Shown: one piece after another, positions 48,119-58,642 of the stretch
Layout of the letters: each line of letters starts with the position of its first letter
Position numbering within the stretch: position 1 is the first letter of the stretch
Origin: a virus
Taxonomy: Duplodnaviria; Caudoviricetes
Direction: 5' to 3' (one strand)
IMG/VR virus record: IMGVR_UViG_3300032030_000005
Location: 192,001-256,000 of that record
Length of the DNA stretch: 64,000 nucleotides
Translations under genes and position numbers: made by a program
Notes under the pieces: generated by a model
Seen by the model: only the letters and a program-made list of their open reading frames with translations
What the model was told of the DNA's origin: nothing
Database searches by the model: none

Positions 48119-48744
48119 AAGAAATATATACTATTTTATTTAAAGAATATATATTTATCTCAGATAGTTCTAGACATCCAGCATTTGATATGAGTAAAAA
48201 TATAGCTAATTACTCGTTTGATGATTATCAAATATTTAAAAATTTTGAATTTAAAAATGTGTTTGACTTTCAAACATATACTACGTCTTTAACACAAGAC
48301 GATAAGTTTATTAAAAAGGTTATTAATAATTTTGAATTAGATAGAGAAAAACGCATATTGACTTCCTTAAATAAAGTTTATGCTAATGAGTATGGTTTTG
48401 TTAAAACTGATTCTGAAGAATTATTAAAATCAAGAAAAGAATATTTAAAAGAAAAATTATCGAATTATTCAATTCATTTATTAAATGAAAAAAATAAAAA
48501 TTTTTTAAAAGTTAGCGATGTTATAGCTCCATACTGTATAGACGAAATGTATGAGGATAAAGCTCGTCCGTATGTAATAGTATATAGTGATATTATTAAT
48601 ATTAAAAATCCAGTAGATGAGTCAATGGCAAACATTAATGTAGATATAAAAATAAACGCTGCATTTAGTAAGACTCCTTTAATACAAAACTATGTCGATT
48701 TAACAACATATAAACTATGTAAAACTTTAGAAGGAGAAAAATAA
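48115..48744 (+). CDS. hypothetical protein, tandem paralogue array B
   Basis: MKEIYTILFKE...YSFDD...YKLCKTLE. Confidence 0.7.
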   Translation: MKEIYTILFKEYIFISDSSRHPAFDMSKNIANYSFDDYQIFKNFEFKNVFDFQTYTTSLTQDDKFIKKVINNFELDREKRILTSLNKVYANEYGFVKTDSEELLKSRKEYLKEKLSNYSIHLLNEKNKNFLKVSDVIAPYCIDEMYEDKARPYVIVYSDIINIKNPVDESMANINVDIKINAAFSKTPLIQNYVDLTTYKLCKTLEGEK

Positions 48745-49340
48745 TGAAAGAGATTTATACAGTAGTTTATAGCGAAATAATAGAGATTTATAATGAATCT
48801 GGAGGAACTAGTTTTAATGAAGAGTCATTAACATATATAAATACGGTTTTTTCTTTATCATTTGATAATATGGAAGTTTTAAAAAATTTTGATTTAAATT
48901 ATGTATTGAATTTTAATTTATATAAACCAACCATATTAAAAGATCCAGACAAAATTCGTAGCGGTATAACAAATGAATTTGAAATTGATTATGATGAAGG
49001 ATATAACGAAATTTGTAATATAATCAAAGAAGATCTTTGTAATCATTTTGGTCCTATTATTGCTACGGATTTTAAAACAGAAAAAGAAACAAATCCAAAG
49101 TTTGTTTCAGATATGTTAAAGTTCGTAACGATAAGAGATGCTTCAGAACTCAGTAAAGCATATAAAGATGAAAAGATCACTATTCTTAGGAAATCGTATG
49201 AATTACACAGAGATTATTTATATGATGAGATGATTTATATAGATATTGAGTTAAGATGTTGTATTGTATCATCTCCTATATTTACAGGAGATGACAATGA
49301 ATTCGTAGAATATGAACTAATAAAAAACTTGGAGGTATAA
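48744..49340 (+). CDS. hypothetical protein, array B
   Basis: MKEIYTVVYSE...LSFDN...YELIKNLE. Confidence 0.7.
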   Translation: MKEIYTVVYSEIIEIYNESGGTSFNEESLTYINTVFSLSFDNMEVLKNFDLNYVLNFNLYKPTILKDPDKIRSGITNEFEIDYDEGYNEICNIIKEDLCNHFGPIIATDFKTEKETNPKFVSDMLKFVTIRDASELSKAYKDEKITILRKSYELHRDYLYDEMIYIDIELRCCIVSSPIFTGDDNEFVEYELIKNLEV

Positions 49341-49342
49341 TA

Positions 49343-49891
49343 ATGAAAGAAGCATTCTTAATAACATTATCGGAAAATTTAGAATTTAGAATGGCTGAAT
49401 ATACTTTTCCATTTATAGTTAAGTATGAAAATGTAGAAAATTTTGTTGTCAATGATTTTGACAATATTAAAAAATTCACATTAAACTCTATTATAAATAC
49501 GTATATGCCAACAATTCAAAAAGAAGAAAATACTGAATATTTAGCAATAAAACTTCTTTATGAATTTGATAAGTTGGATACATGGGGAGTATTTGAAAAA
49601 GATTTAAAAGAAGCTATTCACTCATTACCTATTAAAAAAGATATGCAAGACTATACATGGGGAACAGAGTATGTCACAAGATATCTTAAAAATGATATAC
49701 CATATAAATTTCAGAAAACTAATGATCATGAAATATTCTGTAAAAAATATATTCTTACTAAGAGAGATATAGCTTTAATGTTTACTATAAAGTATAAAAT
49801 AAACAAAATTCCTGTGCTAGGTAATAAAGAAGAAACTGAAGCAGCTCTTGCAGAATATGATCTTCTTAGAAATCTAGGTGTTGAAAATTAA
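49343..49891 (+). CDS. hypothetical protein, array B
   Basis: MKEAFLITLSE...DFDN...YDLLRNL. Confidence 0.7.
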   Translation: MKEAFLITLSENLEFRMAEYTFPFIVKYENVENFVVNDFDNIKKFTLNSIINTYMPTIQKEENTEYLAIKLLYEFDKLDTWGVFEKDLKEAIHSLPIKKDMQDYTWGTEYVTRYLKNDIPYKFQKTNDHEIFCKKYILTKRDIALMFTIKYKINKIPVLGNKEETEAALAEYDLLRNLGVEN

Positions 49892-49903
49892 GGAGGAAAA
49901 CTG

Positions 49904-50440
49904 ATGGATACCATATATACTGTTATGATAAAGGAAAAGTTAGAAGACTATTGTGAAAATATTCCAATGTATGGTAACTTTTATAAAAATGAATGGATGC
50001 ATGATATGTTATCTTTTAGTAATAAAAAACAGTTATTAAAATATCTGAATGAAATTAAAAATACAAAAGTAGAGAGTAAACTTCTTAATGAAGAGTATAA
50101 ATCTTTTATTAGACAGTTAGTTGGCGTTGTAGCTGTTCGTAATGGTATTTTTAAGAGTTCTGATGAAATATGGAGAGATCTTCAATATCATCATAAAACG
50201 CTTATTTATAATGCAAGAGATATACATGAATCAGAAATAGATAGGGTAAATGGTGTATTCTGTATAGTGTGTGAAGATTTAAGAGGTTCTTATAAATTGA
50301 ACTATCCAACTCCAAATTCAGATGATCATATTAGAGTAGTAAGTCATTTATTAACAATATGCATCTATAAAAACGATTTAGTACATAATGATACTGAGAG
50401 AGTTGAACATCAGTTAGTTAAGAATCTGGAGGAAAACTAA
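49904..50440 (+). CDS. hypothetical protein, array B
   Basis: MDTIYTVMIKE...LSFSN...HQLVKNLE. Confidence 0.7.
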   Translation: MDTIYTVMIKEKLEDYCENIPMYGNFYKNEWMHDMLSFSNKKQLLKYLNEIKNTKVESKLLNEEYKSFIRQLVGVVAVRNGIFKSSDEIWRDLQYHHKTLIYNARDIHESEIDRVNGVFCIVCEDLRGSYKLNYPTPNSDDHIRVVSHLLTICIYKNDLVHNDTERVEHQLVKNLEEN

Positions 50441-50718
50441 TGAAAAAGAAATTACCATATCCAATAAAATGTAAACAGTGTAAGTATATTACTGTCGAAA
50501 AATTTAATGGTGAAAAAGAATTTTACTGTGAAAAGTATAATGAATTTTGTGCTTGTATAAAAAAGTGCAAAAAATTTAAAACAAAATATCCATTAATAAC
50601 AAGTCTTCAAGATGTATCTGTACTTATTAATCTTGGATTTGGTTTTGTTTTGTTAATATTATTAATACTTCATATGATTGGTGTTATTGATATTAACGAA
50701 TTATTTAATAATAAATAA
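50440..50718 (+). CDS. small Cys-rich membrane protein
   Basis: CxxC...C...CxC..C followed by one TM helix. Confidence 0.65.
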   Translation: MKKKLPYPIKCKQCKYITVEKFNGEKEFYCEKYNEFCACIKKCKKFKTKYPLITSLQDVSVLINLGFGFVLLILLILHMIGVIDINELFNNK

Positions 50719-50801
50719 AAATTAAAAGTAAAGGATATTATCCTTTACTTTTTTTTATAAATTCAACAACTATTTATACTTTTTTAATAAATAATAAAGA
50801 G

Positions 50802-51770
50802 GTGAATACAATGTCTGAATTAACTACTAAACAGAAAGATTCATTTGATGATTCTGTTTTTGGAGTTCCAGAATTAAGGAAATTTCCATTAAATGATAGA
50901 GAACATGTGTTAAAAGCCATTCAATTTTTTCATCATTGTCCTTTAACGTATAAAAAAGAATTAGCTAATAATATTAATAAAAAAGCTAAAGAATATAATA
51001 TTTCTATATCCAAATCATCTAATATATATGAGTATTTAAATGAAGAAGAACAATATGAAATAGATTTATTTGAAGATATTCATTTATTAGAAGATTCATT
51101 ATTATTTACAGAAGCTTTTGGTATGAATGAACAAGAAGCTAAAGGTTGTGTTGATACAGCTATCAATATGTGGAAAAAAAGAAAATCATTTATAAAAACT
51201 TATAAAGATAAACAAGTTTTATTAACTGATATAAGAAATGAAAAAATGATGATTGATAGTTTACAAAGATCTGGTGATTATAATGGTATCATTTTAAGAG
51301 CCAAAAATTCAGCTAATAAAATGAATACTTCTATTAATAAGCGTAATAATCAAACAGTTCAAGGATCTAAGAATAATGGTAGAGTTATGGGAAATCCTAT
51401 ATTCCAACGAAGAAATACAGCTTTTGGTGTTGGTGCTGCAACTCTTGTAGGTGCTACAGTAGCAGGTGGTGCTTTAGGTAAAGCAAGTGCTAATAAAAGA
51501 AATAACGGTCGTTTAGTTACTAAAGCTAAAGTAGGTGCAGGTGCTGTTGCCGGTGCTGCAGTTGGTAATGTAGCTGCTATGGCTGCTATGGGAGCAACTG
51601 CTGGACATCAGGAAAGACAAAAGAGAATAGCAAGAGATCCTAATGCTCCATTACAACAATATGCTAATAAATATGCTAACTTTATTAGTAATTTCCAAGG
51701 AGAAATTCTTGAATTACAACCTAATGTTGGAGGTCAGCAAAATCAGCAAGAAGGAGAAGGTGAAGATTAA
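50802..51770 (+). CDS. putative head-packaged protein with two glycine zippers
   Basis: N-domain FGVPELRKFPLNDREHV; LNE/LLE sites; GVGAATLVGATVAGG and GAGAVAGAAVG. Confidence 0.6.
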   Translation: MNTMSELTTKQKDSFDDSVFGVPELRKFPLNDREHVLKAIQFFHHCPLTYKKELANNINKKAKEYNISISKSSNIYEYLNEEEQYEIDLFEDIHLLEDSLLFTEAFGMNEQEAKGCVDTAINMWKKRKSFIKTYKDKQVLLTDIRNEKMMIDSLQRSGDYNGIILRAKNSANKMNTSINKRNNQTVQGSKNNGRVMGNPIFQRRNTAFGVGAATLVGATVAGGALGKASANKRNNGRLVTKAKVGAGAVAGAAVGNVAAMAAMGATAGHQERQKRIARDPNAPLQQYANKYANFISNFQGEILELQPNVGGQQNQQEGEGED

Positions 51771-53065
51771 TGGGTAAGTTTTTACAAGAGGATTCTTTAG
51801 AGAAAAAGACCCTAAATAATTATTTTGATAATTATTTAGATACTACTGAAAGATATTCAAAATGGCTTCAAGGTGCTCCTACATTTGTAACATACTATTC
51901 TATTAATCTAGAAAATTCTACCCAAGATCAAGGTCTTAATAATGTAATGGAAGTAGTTGGTGGAGAATCACCTATTAGATATAATAAGATAGAAAATTTT
52001 CCTATTTACCTTGAAGGAGAAATGAATTTTACAACTAATTTAGAAGAAGATGCTGGTTTTGATAGTGATTCTGAAGGTACTGGTATTATATTACCGGGTA
52101 CAATAGTTCCTCAAAATGATGATTTATTAGTATTTGAAATATTAGAGCATAAGCACATATATCGTGTGGCTAACGTAGAATATTCAAATACAAGTATTAG
52201 AAAGTTTTATAGAGTTTCTTTTTTTGTATCTCCGTTTGATATAGAAACCTTAGAAACTAGACAAGTTAAAGAAGAATATAATGTTATATATAATAATATA
52301 GGTACTGAAGTAGATCCTGTAATATCTAAGAAAGAATTCTCATTAATAACAGAAATTGATAAAGTCTTAGACTATTTGACTGAAAGGTATGTAAGATTTT
52401 ATTATGATAAGAAAGTTAATTCTTTTATATATAACTATGATAAGATGAATATGATTATTCATGAATTCTATAAAGATAATGGTATCTATGATCCAAAGCT
52501 GGCTTTTTTCATAAAACGAAATAATTTATTTATAAATAAGAAAACTTTTTTAAAAAATATTTATGTAGAAAGTTTATTACCTGATAGAGATTTAGATTAT
52601 GAAAGATCTATATACTCTTTATTTGAAACATTAGATACTGATGAATTTGAGTATCCTTATTTTTATTTTATACCTATAAATGAATCTGTATTTAAATTAC
52701 TTCAAGATAAATTCCATGAATTAGTTCATAATAAAGATGATGTATATAGAAAGTTTAAAATTATTCCAGATGGTAAAATAAGATCTGGACAATTTACATC
52801 AGTTGATTTAATTAAATATGTAACTGATACAAAACTTTTAATTGATGATTTACCTTTAAATGAGCAAATTATGATTATTTATTTAAGGTGTAGAAAATAT
52901 GAGGAACAAAATAATATTATAGATTATCTAGAAGATATAGTTACCCTTTCGAAAAAAATTAAAATCGACAAGGATTTCTATACCTATGTTCAAATACCAT
53001 GTATAATCTTTATACTAAAACAAATCAAAAGTATTATAACACATAGTACTAATTATATTAAATAG
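51770..53065 (+). CDS. putative virion structural protein
   Basis: Late operon; PTFVTYY, IILPGTIVP. Confidence 0.5.
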   Translation: MGKFLQEDSLEKKTLNNYFDNYLDTTERYSKWLQGAPTFVTYYSINLENSTQDQGLNNVMEVVGGESPIRYNKIENFPIYLEGEMNFTTNLEEDAGFDSDSEGTGIILPGTIVPQNDDLLVFEILEHKHIYRVANVEYSNTSIRKFYRVSFFVSPFDIETLETRQVKEEYNVIYNNIGTEVDPVISKKEFSLITEIDKVLDYLTERYVRFYYDKKVNSFIYNYDKMNMIIHEFYKDNGIYDPKLAFFIKRNNLFINKKTFLKNIYVESLLPDRDLDYERSIYSLFETLDTDEFEYPYFYFIPINESVFKLLQDKFHELVHNKDDVYRKFKIIPDGKIRSGQFTSVDLIKYVTDTKLLIDDLPLNEQIMIIYLRCRKYEEQNNIIDYLEDIVTLSKKIKIDKDFYTYVQIPCIIFILKQIKSIITHSTNYIK

Positions 53066-53081
53066 AAAGGATTGAATTTTT

Positions 53082-54125
53082 ATGTTTAATTCATTAAGAG
53101 ACGAACTTAACAAAATTGCTTTAATGGAATCTGATGATTTAGAATATTTCAATGATCATACAGTCGATGGAGACGAAGGCGCAGCTGACGATGAGCTTTA
53201 CGATGATATCGAAGAAGGAGAAGAAGAAGAAGATTTCGATGATCTCGATGGCGAAGCTGTAAATGAAGCTATCGATGCTATTGTAAATCAGATGCTCGTT
53301 AATGAAGCCTTAGAAGATGCTGATTATGAAGAAGATTATGATTATGATGCAGATGATGAAGGCTATTATGAAGAAGACTATGATGAATACGAAGATTACT
53401 ATGATGAAGAAGAAGCATATGGTGATGACGTATTTGATGATGATTATGATGACGACGAATTTGATGATGACGACGATGAAGTAGATATGGATGAAGGCGT
53501 TGTTGGTGATGGTAAGACCGTTAAGGGCGATCCAAGCGATGATGAATATGATTCTGTAGATATCGGTGGCGTTACAAACTCAATTCATTATGATCTTAAG
53601 GAAGATATTGAAGATGATGAAGAAGATGATCTTGATGAGCTTTTAGAAGCTATGCTCAATGAATCAGATGATACAAATGATCTTAGAGCTACATCAAATG
53701 ATATCTTTGGTGATAGTGCTGATATGCCTTCACAAGATACACCTCCTTCACCACAGTATTCTAAGGTAACAGGTAGATGTGGTAGAACAGGTGCTACAGT
53801 TCCTACAACAGTTATGGGTGATGGACAGTTTGGTACATATGGTAAGTCAAAGTTCAGCCGTGACGTTTTAGGACAGGCAACTGTTGATGATGATGCATAT
53901 GATGAAGAAGGTAATTCATATGATTTATATGCTTCAGCTGGTAATATCTATGATGATGATGAAAATGAAGAATATTATGGCTTAAGAAATAAGGTTCAGA
54001 CAAAGAATCTTTTCGGTAGACATAATATCAACAACATCAACTATGCAGAACTTGGTGACAGATTTGCTGGTACTAAGGATGCATTAGATGAATCAGTAGA
54101 ACTCTTCCTTAGAGGCTTAGAATAA
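53082..54125 (+). CDS. highly acidic protein, scaffold/internal-protein-like
   Basis: D/E/Y-rich with repeated LME, VNE, LLE, LNE, LDE sites. Confidence 0.55.
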   Translation: MFNSLRDELNKIALMESDDLEYFNDHTVDGDEGAADDELYDDIEEGEEEEDFDDLDGEAVNEAIDAIVNQMLVNEALEDADYEEDYDYDADDEGYYEEDYDEYEDYYDEEEAYGDDVFDDDYDDDEFDDDDDEVDMDEGVVGDGKTVKGDPSDDEYDSVDIGGVTNSIHYDLKEDIEDDEEDDLDELLEAMLNESDDTNDLRATSNDIFGDSADMPSQDTPPSPQYSKVTGRCGRTGATVPTTVMGDGQFGTYGKSKFSRDVLGQATVDDDAYDEEGNSYDLYASAGNIYDDDENEEYYGLRNKVQTKNLFGRHNINNINYAELGDRFAGTKDALDESVELFLRGLE

Positions 54126-54149
54126 TATATTAAATAAGGAGTAAACCCT

Positions 54150-54638
54150 ATGAAAGTAGTAATTTTTGATGAAGGCTTTATTCCGGGTTTAGGCCGTGGT
54201 CCTTTTAGAACACCTATTGAAATTAGCGAAGACAAGTTCTTTCTCTACAAGAGAATGGGCATTCAAGTAATAAAGGCTGATGTTACAGCTCCTATTGCTG
54301 AAAGCGGTATATTCAATAGAACTGTTACTAAGAGTATTTCTGATAATATTCCTAATGAAGAACCAGAAGCAGTTGAAGAAGTAAAGCCTATTATTAAAGA
54401 AACTAAAGTTGAAGAAACTAAAATAGAAGAACCTGCTGTTGAAGAAGTAGCAGTAGAAGCAGCTAATGATTCAGAAGTTGATGAAGTTATCGAAGAAGCA
54501 GTTGAAGAGGAAGTAGCTATTAGCGATCTTACAAAGAAAGAGCTAGTAGATCTTTTACATGAGAATGGTATCGAAGAAGCTTCTAAGAATATGACGAAAG
54601 ACGAATTAGTTAAATTAGCTGAAGAATCTTTACAATAA
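54150..54638 (+). CDS. protein with a C-terminal Rho-N/HeH-like helical domain
   Basis: DLTKKELVDLLHENGI...MTKDELVKL. Confidence 0.55.
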   Translation: MKVVIFDEGFIPGLGRGPFRTPIEISEDKFFLYKRMGIQVIKADVTAPIAESGIFNRTVTKSISDNIPNEEPEAVEEVKPIIKETKVEETKIEEPAVEEVAVEAANDSEVDEVIEEAVEEEVAISDLTKKELVDLLHENGIEEASKNMTKDELVKLAEESLQ

Positions 54639-54644
54639 AAAAAA

Positions 54645-54682
54645 AATATCCCTAAAGACTATATGTCTTTAGGGATATTTTA
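54645..54682. terminator. bidirectional terminator (CCCTAAAG family)
   Basis: ATATCCCTAAAGAC/GTCTTTAGGGATAT with A-run and T-run flanks. Confidence 0.85.
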
Positions 54683-55408
54683 TTATCTAGATAAACTTAA
54701 GCATTCTTTATAGTATTCGACCATAATATTTCTTTTTGTAGCTTTCTCTAAGTAAGCTGGATCAAAGATACTATTATAAGAATATAATGGAATAAGCATT
54801 ATACAATCATTAATATTGTCTCCTGAATTATCTAAATAATCATACATATTAGATAACTCATCATCAACTATAATAGATATATTTTCAATATCTTTTATAA
54901 CATCAGATTTCTTTTCATTTATGTCTACAAATAAGATTTCTACATTTTCAATTATAGGTCCAAGTATACGTTTAATACATTTAATCTTAGCATCAGTATA
55001 AATATCAAATGTTCTTGTTACAACGTATACTTTATCAAAATTAAAGTGCTTATATTTAAATAGTGTAGGTATAAATTCACCTAACCTAGTAGTGATAACT
55101 TCTTTATAGAAATTATCACTTTCATTTAGGTATACCTTTAAGATATCCTGCATAGCTGCTTGCTTTTCTTTCTCTGTTAAGCTTTCTTTTAAGAGCCAAT
55201 CAGAGAAAAGATAAGTTGGTCTAGAAATTAAAGGATAGTTAAAGAAATCATTATAATTGTAGTTTAATGGAATAACTTCTGGCTTTATTTTAGTAAGTAA
55301 ATTTTTGTTATTCATTACACAATAAAACCATAAGTTAGTTGTGTATGTTAATACATCATCCATGTCTACTACAATTGAACCTTTTTTCACATTTCCCAAT
55401 TTTAGCAT
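54683..55408 (-). CDS. HAD-family 5'-nucleotidase-like protein
   Basis: VVDMDDVL, VVTR, K, IVDD motifs. Confidence 0.75.
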   Translation of the reverse strand: MLKLGNVKKGSIVVDMDDVLTYTTNLWFYCVMNNKNLLTKIKPEVIPLNYNYNDFFNYPLISRPTYLFSDWLLKESLTEKEKQAAMQDILKVYLNESDNFYKEVITTRLGEFIPTLFKYKHFNFDKVYVVTRTFDIYTDAKIKCIKRILGPIIENVEILFVDINEKKSDVIKDIENISIIVDDELSNMYDYLDNSGDNINDCIMLIPLYSYNSIFDPAYLEKATKRNIMVEYYKECLSLSR

Positions 55409-55421
55409 TATAGTGTCCTCC

Positions 55422-57509
55422 TTATATCTTAATAATATTAGTTGGAATTAAATTCTTATCAATATTTGGTGTCTGTATATTAAGAGCATCTAATAATACA
55501 GTACCAGAATTAAGATGATCCAATACCATTTTATTTACATTTAAGAATGGCATTAACAGATCTGGAATCTTTGTTAGATTTTTTGGAAGACTTACGACGT
55601 TAATAATACCGTCTTTACATAATGCATTTTCTACTGTTGTAGTTTTATCTATTTTATAACTAAAGTTGATTACTTCATCCATTCTTTCTAAGAATAAATT
55701 ATATTCATTTTCATCAACTTCAAGATTCTTTTCTTCGATATATTTGTCTATTTGCGATTTGATTAATTCAATATTTGGTTCTATAATTACTTTTATAAGA
55801 TTAATATTGTTTGGATATACGATTTCTAATTCCGGGAATAATAAATTCCATGTCATACAACCTCTTACCTGCATTACATTAAGAGGATTCTTATATCCAC
55901 CAATTTCATTAGCTCTTAATGGTAAAGTATAATCTACGTTACCATCTTTTAATGACTGTTTAATATTATTACTTAACGTAAAATATTTTCTCAATATATT
56001 ATTGTATTTAATTTCATCTGATAATAATATATCATTCTTTAATAAATCTGTAAAGTGTTTTGCTACATTTTTATTAGTATTTGATTTCTTAATAGCAAGA
56101 CCTTTAAGGTCTATTTTCTGTTTCTCAATAATATTACCTTCTTGCATTAATACTGTAGAAGCATAAGACTTCTTATTCTTCGTAAGTAAGAGTCGTGAAA
56201 GCATAAACTCATTCTTCATATTAATCAATGGTCTATACTTTTCTGCAATAAAGTGTAATTTTCCAAATTTAAGATATGCTTCATTAATAACATTTGTAAT
56301 TAAATACGTTATACAATTAATAGAAGCAACCTTCATTTCCTTACTATCATCAACACATTCAATATTCTCTCTAAAATATTCATATGCTGGTTCAAGATGT
56401 AAAAAGTTTGAGTCAGTATCAACAATTGGTACTACTTTTCTCTTACCAAACTTACAGAAGTTATACTTATTAATATCTATAAAATTATAGAATACCCAAT
56501 CCTTTACATAACTCCATACATTCTTAAGTATTTCCTCATTCTCTTTCCATTCTTTATCAAATGTTGCCTTTAATTCTTTATCTTCTTCATGACCCTTTGG
56601 TAAGTTATTTGGACCATTAGGATTTAAGAATGGAATTTCCTTATTTAATATCTTTTCAAATTCTTTATATAATTTAGTATCTGTTAAAAATTCAAAAAGA
56701 TTATTTTTATAGTAGATCTTTTTAAGATCTTCTTTAGACAATTTGTTAAAATAATTAACTAATGATTCACATTCCATTAAATTAACATTTTCTACTGGAA
56801 TCATTGTTTCTGGATCATAAAATAGTTTACTAAATTTATCTAAGATTTTCTCTACAGTTATTTTTCTATTAGTATTTATTTCTGTAGTATATTCTGTTTC
56901 CAGAATATTATCAACGTAAACTATAATATCTGAAGATGTATAGAAATGTAAATTTCCTTTTAAGAACTTTTCGAAGGTATCAATGGCAGTCATGATAATT
57001 TCTTCACCAGATGCAGTAACAGATTCACCGCAATCTAAGTCTCTAAATATACTACCATTAGCAGTCAACACACCATAATATGAATTCATGATACTAGCTT
57101 TATAAGTCTGCTGTTCTGAATCATACCTATTCATTAATGTAGGATCTTCATCATTAATATGCTGGAACTTTAATTTCTTCGCTTCTTTTCTTTTGTTACC
57201 AGTATATTCTAACATTTTAGATTCCAAAGCTTCATGTTCTTCATGTTGTGCATATGCTGTTCCATACTTATTCAGTATGTGACCTTTTTTATTAAGGAAA
57301 GTTTCTAATTTGTCTAAAGCAACATCATTTACATCTGTACTAATCTGATCCATAAATCTGATATCGTAAGATATATTTTCATCTTGCTTATTTCTTTCTT
57401 TAATAATCTTATCAAGTTTCTTTTCTAATTCATATTCATCTTTTTCTGGAAAGGATCTTTTTAAAAATGATAACATTTTAGATTTATAATCCTCTACTTT
57501 GTTTGTCAT
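55422..57509 (-). CDS. family B DNA polymerase (palm/thumb portion of a split jumbo-phage PolB)
   Basis: KASIMNSYYG (motif B), VDTDSNF (motif C), KKSYAS, KGL; SD before ATG 57509; early promoter at 57556. Confidence 0.88.
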   Translation of the reverse strand: MTNKVEDYKSKMLSFLKRSFPEKDEYELEKKLDKIIKERNKQDENISYDIRFMDQISTDVNDVALDKLETFLNKKGHILNKYGTAYAQHEEHEALESKMLEYTGNKRKEAKKLKFQHINDEDPTLMNRYDSEQQTYKASIMNSYYGVLTANGSIFRDLDCGESVTASGEEIIMTAIDTFEKFLKGNLHFYTSSDIIVYVDNILETEYTTEINTNRKITVEKILDKFSKLFYDPETMIPVENVNLMECESLVNYFNKLSKEDLKKIYYKNNLFEFLTDTKLYKEFEKILNKEIPFLNPNGPNNLPKGHEEDKELKATFDKEWKENEEILKNVWSYVKDWVFYNFIDINKYNFCKFGKRKVVPIVDTDSNFLHLEPAYEYFRENIECVDDSKEMKVASINCITYLITNVINEAYLKFGKLHFIAEKYRPLINMKNEFMLSRLLLTKNKKSYASTVLMQEGNIIEKQKIDLKGLAIKKSNTNKNVAKHFTDLLKNDILLSDEIKYNNILRKYFTLSNNIKQSLKDGNVDYTLPLRANEIGGYKNPLNVMQVRGCMTWNLLFPELEIVYPNNINLIKVIIEPNIELIKSQIDKYIEEKNLEVDENEYNLFLERMDEVINFSYKIDKTTTVENALCKDGIINVVSLPKNLTKIPDLLMPFLNVNKMVLDHLNSGTVLLDALNIQTPNIDKNLIPTNIIKI

Positions 57510-57710
57510 TATTTTATCCTCCTTGTCTGAAATTGTACCATTACAGTACAAAAATATAATATATATTTAAATACAGAATTGTTGGTTTTAGAATTTTTAT
57601 TTTAGTCTAAAAGAATGTATTAAAAAAATAATGGATTAGTAACAATAATTTATTATACTGATATTTTTATCTAAATATTACAAATTTTACTTCGAAGGGA
57701 GCAATTAATT

Positions 57711-58043
57711 ATGTCAAAGTTTTTTGATAATTACAATGCTGATAATGTAATTGAATATATGAATGAAGCATTCGATCTTATTTATGAAAACGCTCATGCT
57801 GGTGAAAATACAGCTCTTAATGAAGCTAACGTTATTAAGCTCGATCAGCAGACAATGAAGAAGAAGATGATCCGTAGAGCTGAACTTGCTGCTGCTAAGA
57901 ATGCTGACGATCCGCTTTTCCATAAGTATATCAAGCACTCAAAGCTTAGAAAGCAGTATAGAAGAGCTATTCACGAAAAGTATAACTCAAAGGCTAACAT
58001 CATTTATAAGCAGTGGGTTGCTAGAAATAGAGGCAACGACTAA
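57711..58043 (+). CDS. small late protein, probably head-packaged
   Basis: Late promoter 57641; acidic N-part ending ALNE, basic C-part. Confidence 0.6.
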   Translation: MSKFFDNYNADNVIEYMNEAFDLIYENAHAGENTALNEANVIKLDQQTMKKKMIRRAELAAAKNADDPLFHKYIKHSKLRKQYRRAIHEKYNSKANIIYKQWVARNRGND

Positions 58044-58165
58044 TTTTATTTAAATTAAATGTCTTAAGGATAATATCCTTAAGACATTTTTATTCTCAAA
58101 AAAAAAAGGTTAAGGATATAATTGATATCCTTAACCTTTTTTATTATATTTATTAAATTATTTAT

Positions 58166-58357
58166 TTATTTATCTTTTTTATATATTTTAATACTGTAAA
58201 ATACATTTTTGCTATCAGGATATGTTTTATCAATATATTCTTCTACAGCATTTTTTATCTTTTTATATTCGTTTCTATAATACATACGATTAAATAATAT
58301 ATTTCCAATAAGGCATCCAATAAGAGTGCCTATAAAAGTACTAATAATTCTTGCCAT
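58166..58357 (-). CDS. small membrane protein
   Basis: N-terminal TM segment. Confidence 0.55.
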   Translation of the reverse strand: MARIISTFIGTLIGCLIGNILFNRMYYRNEYKKIKNAVEEYIDKTYPDSKNVFYSIKIYKKDK

Positions 58358-58362
58358 TTTTA

Positions 58363-58632
58363 TTACTCCTCATCATTATTATCATTAAATAATGTACTAT
58401 AAAATATTATATTAAAAATCGTTAATAATATCGCCACTACTACTGCAATGGCGATATATAACTTAGTTGAAGGTATTTTACTAATAATTATTAAATAGAT
58501 AATATCTAAAGCTATTGGAAACAGTAATCCTATTATAGCAATAATAACTGCAACCATTTTAATGAATACTTTTAAAAATAATTCTTTTATTTCTATTAAA
58601 AATTCCAATAGTTCTTTTAATTCTTCATTCAT
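58363..58632 (-). CDS. small two-TM membrane protein
   Basis: Two hydrophobic helices. Confidence 0.6.
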   Translation of the reverse strand: MNEELKELLEFLIEIKELFLKVFIKMVAVIIAIIGLLFPIALDIIYLIIISKIPSTKLYIAIAVVVAILLTIFNIIFYSTLFNDNNDEE

Positions 58633-58642
58633 TTTTACACCT

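Noticed and set aside
58166-58632. Two small TM proteins as holin/antiholin
   Set aside because: No adjacent endolysin, and they lie in the early RNAP transcription unit; evidence is insufficient.
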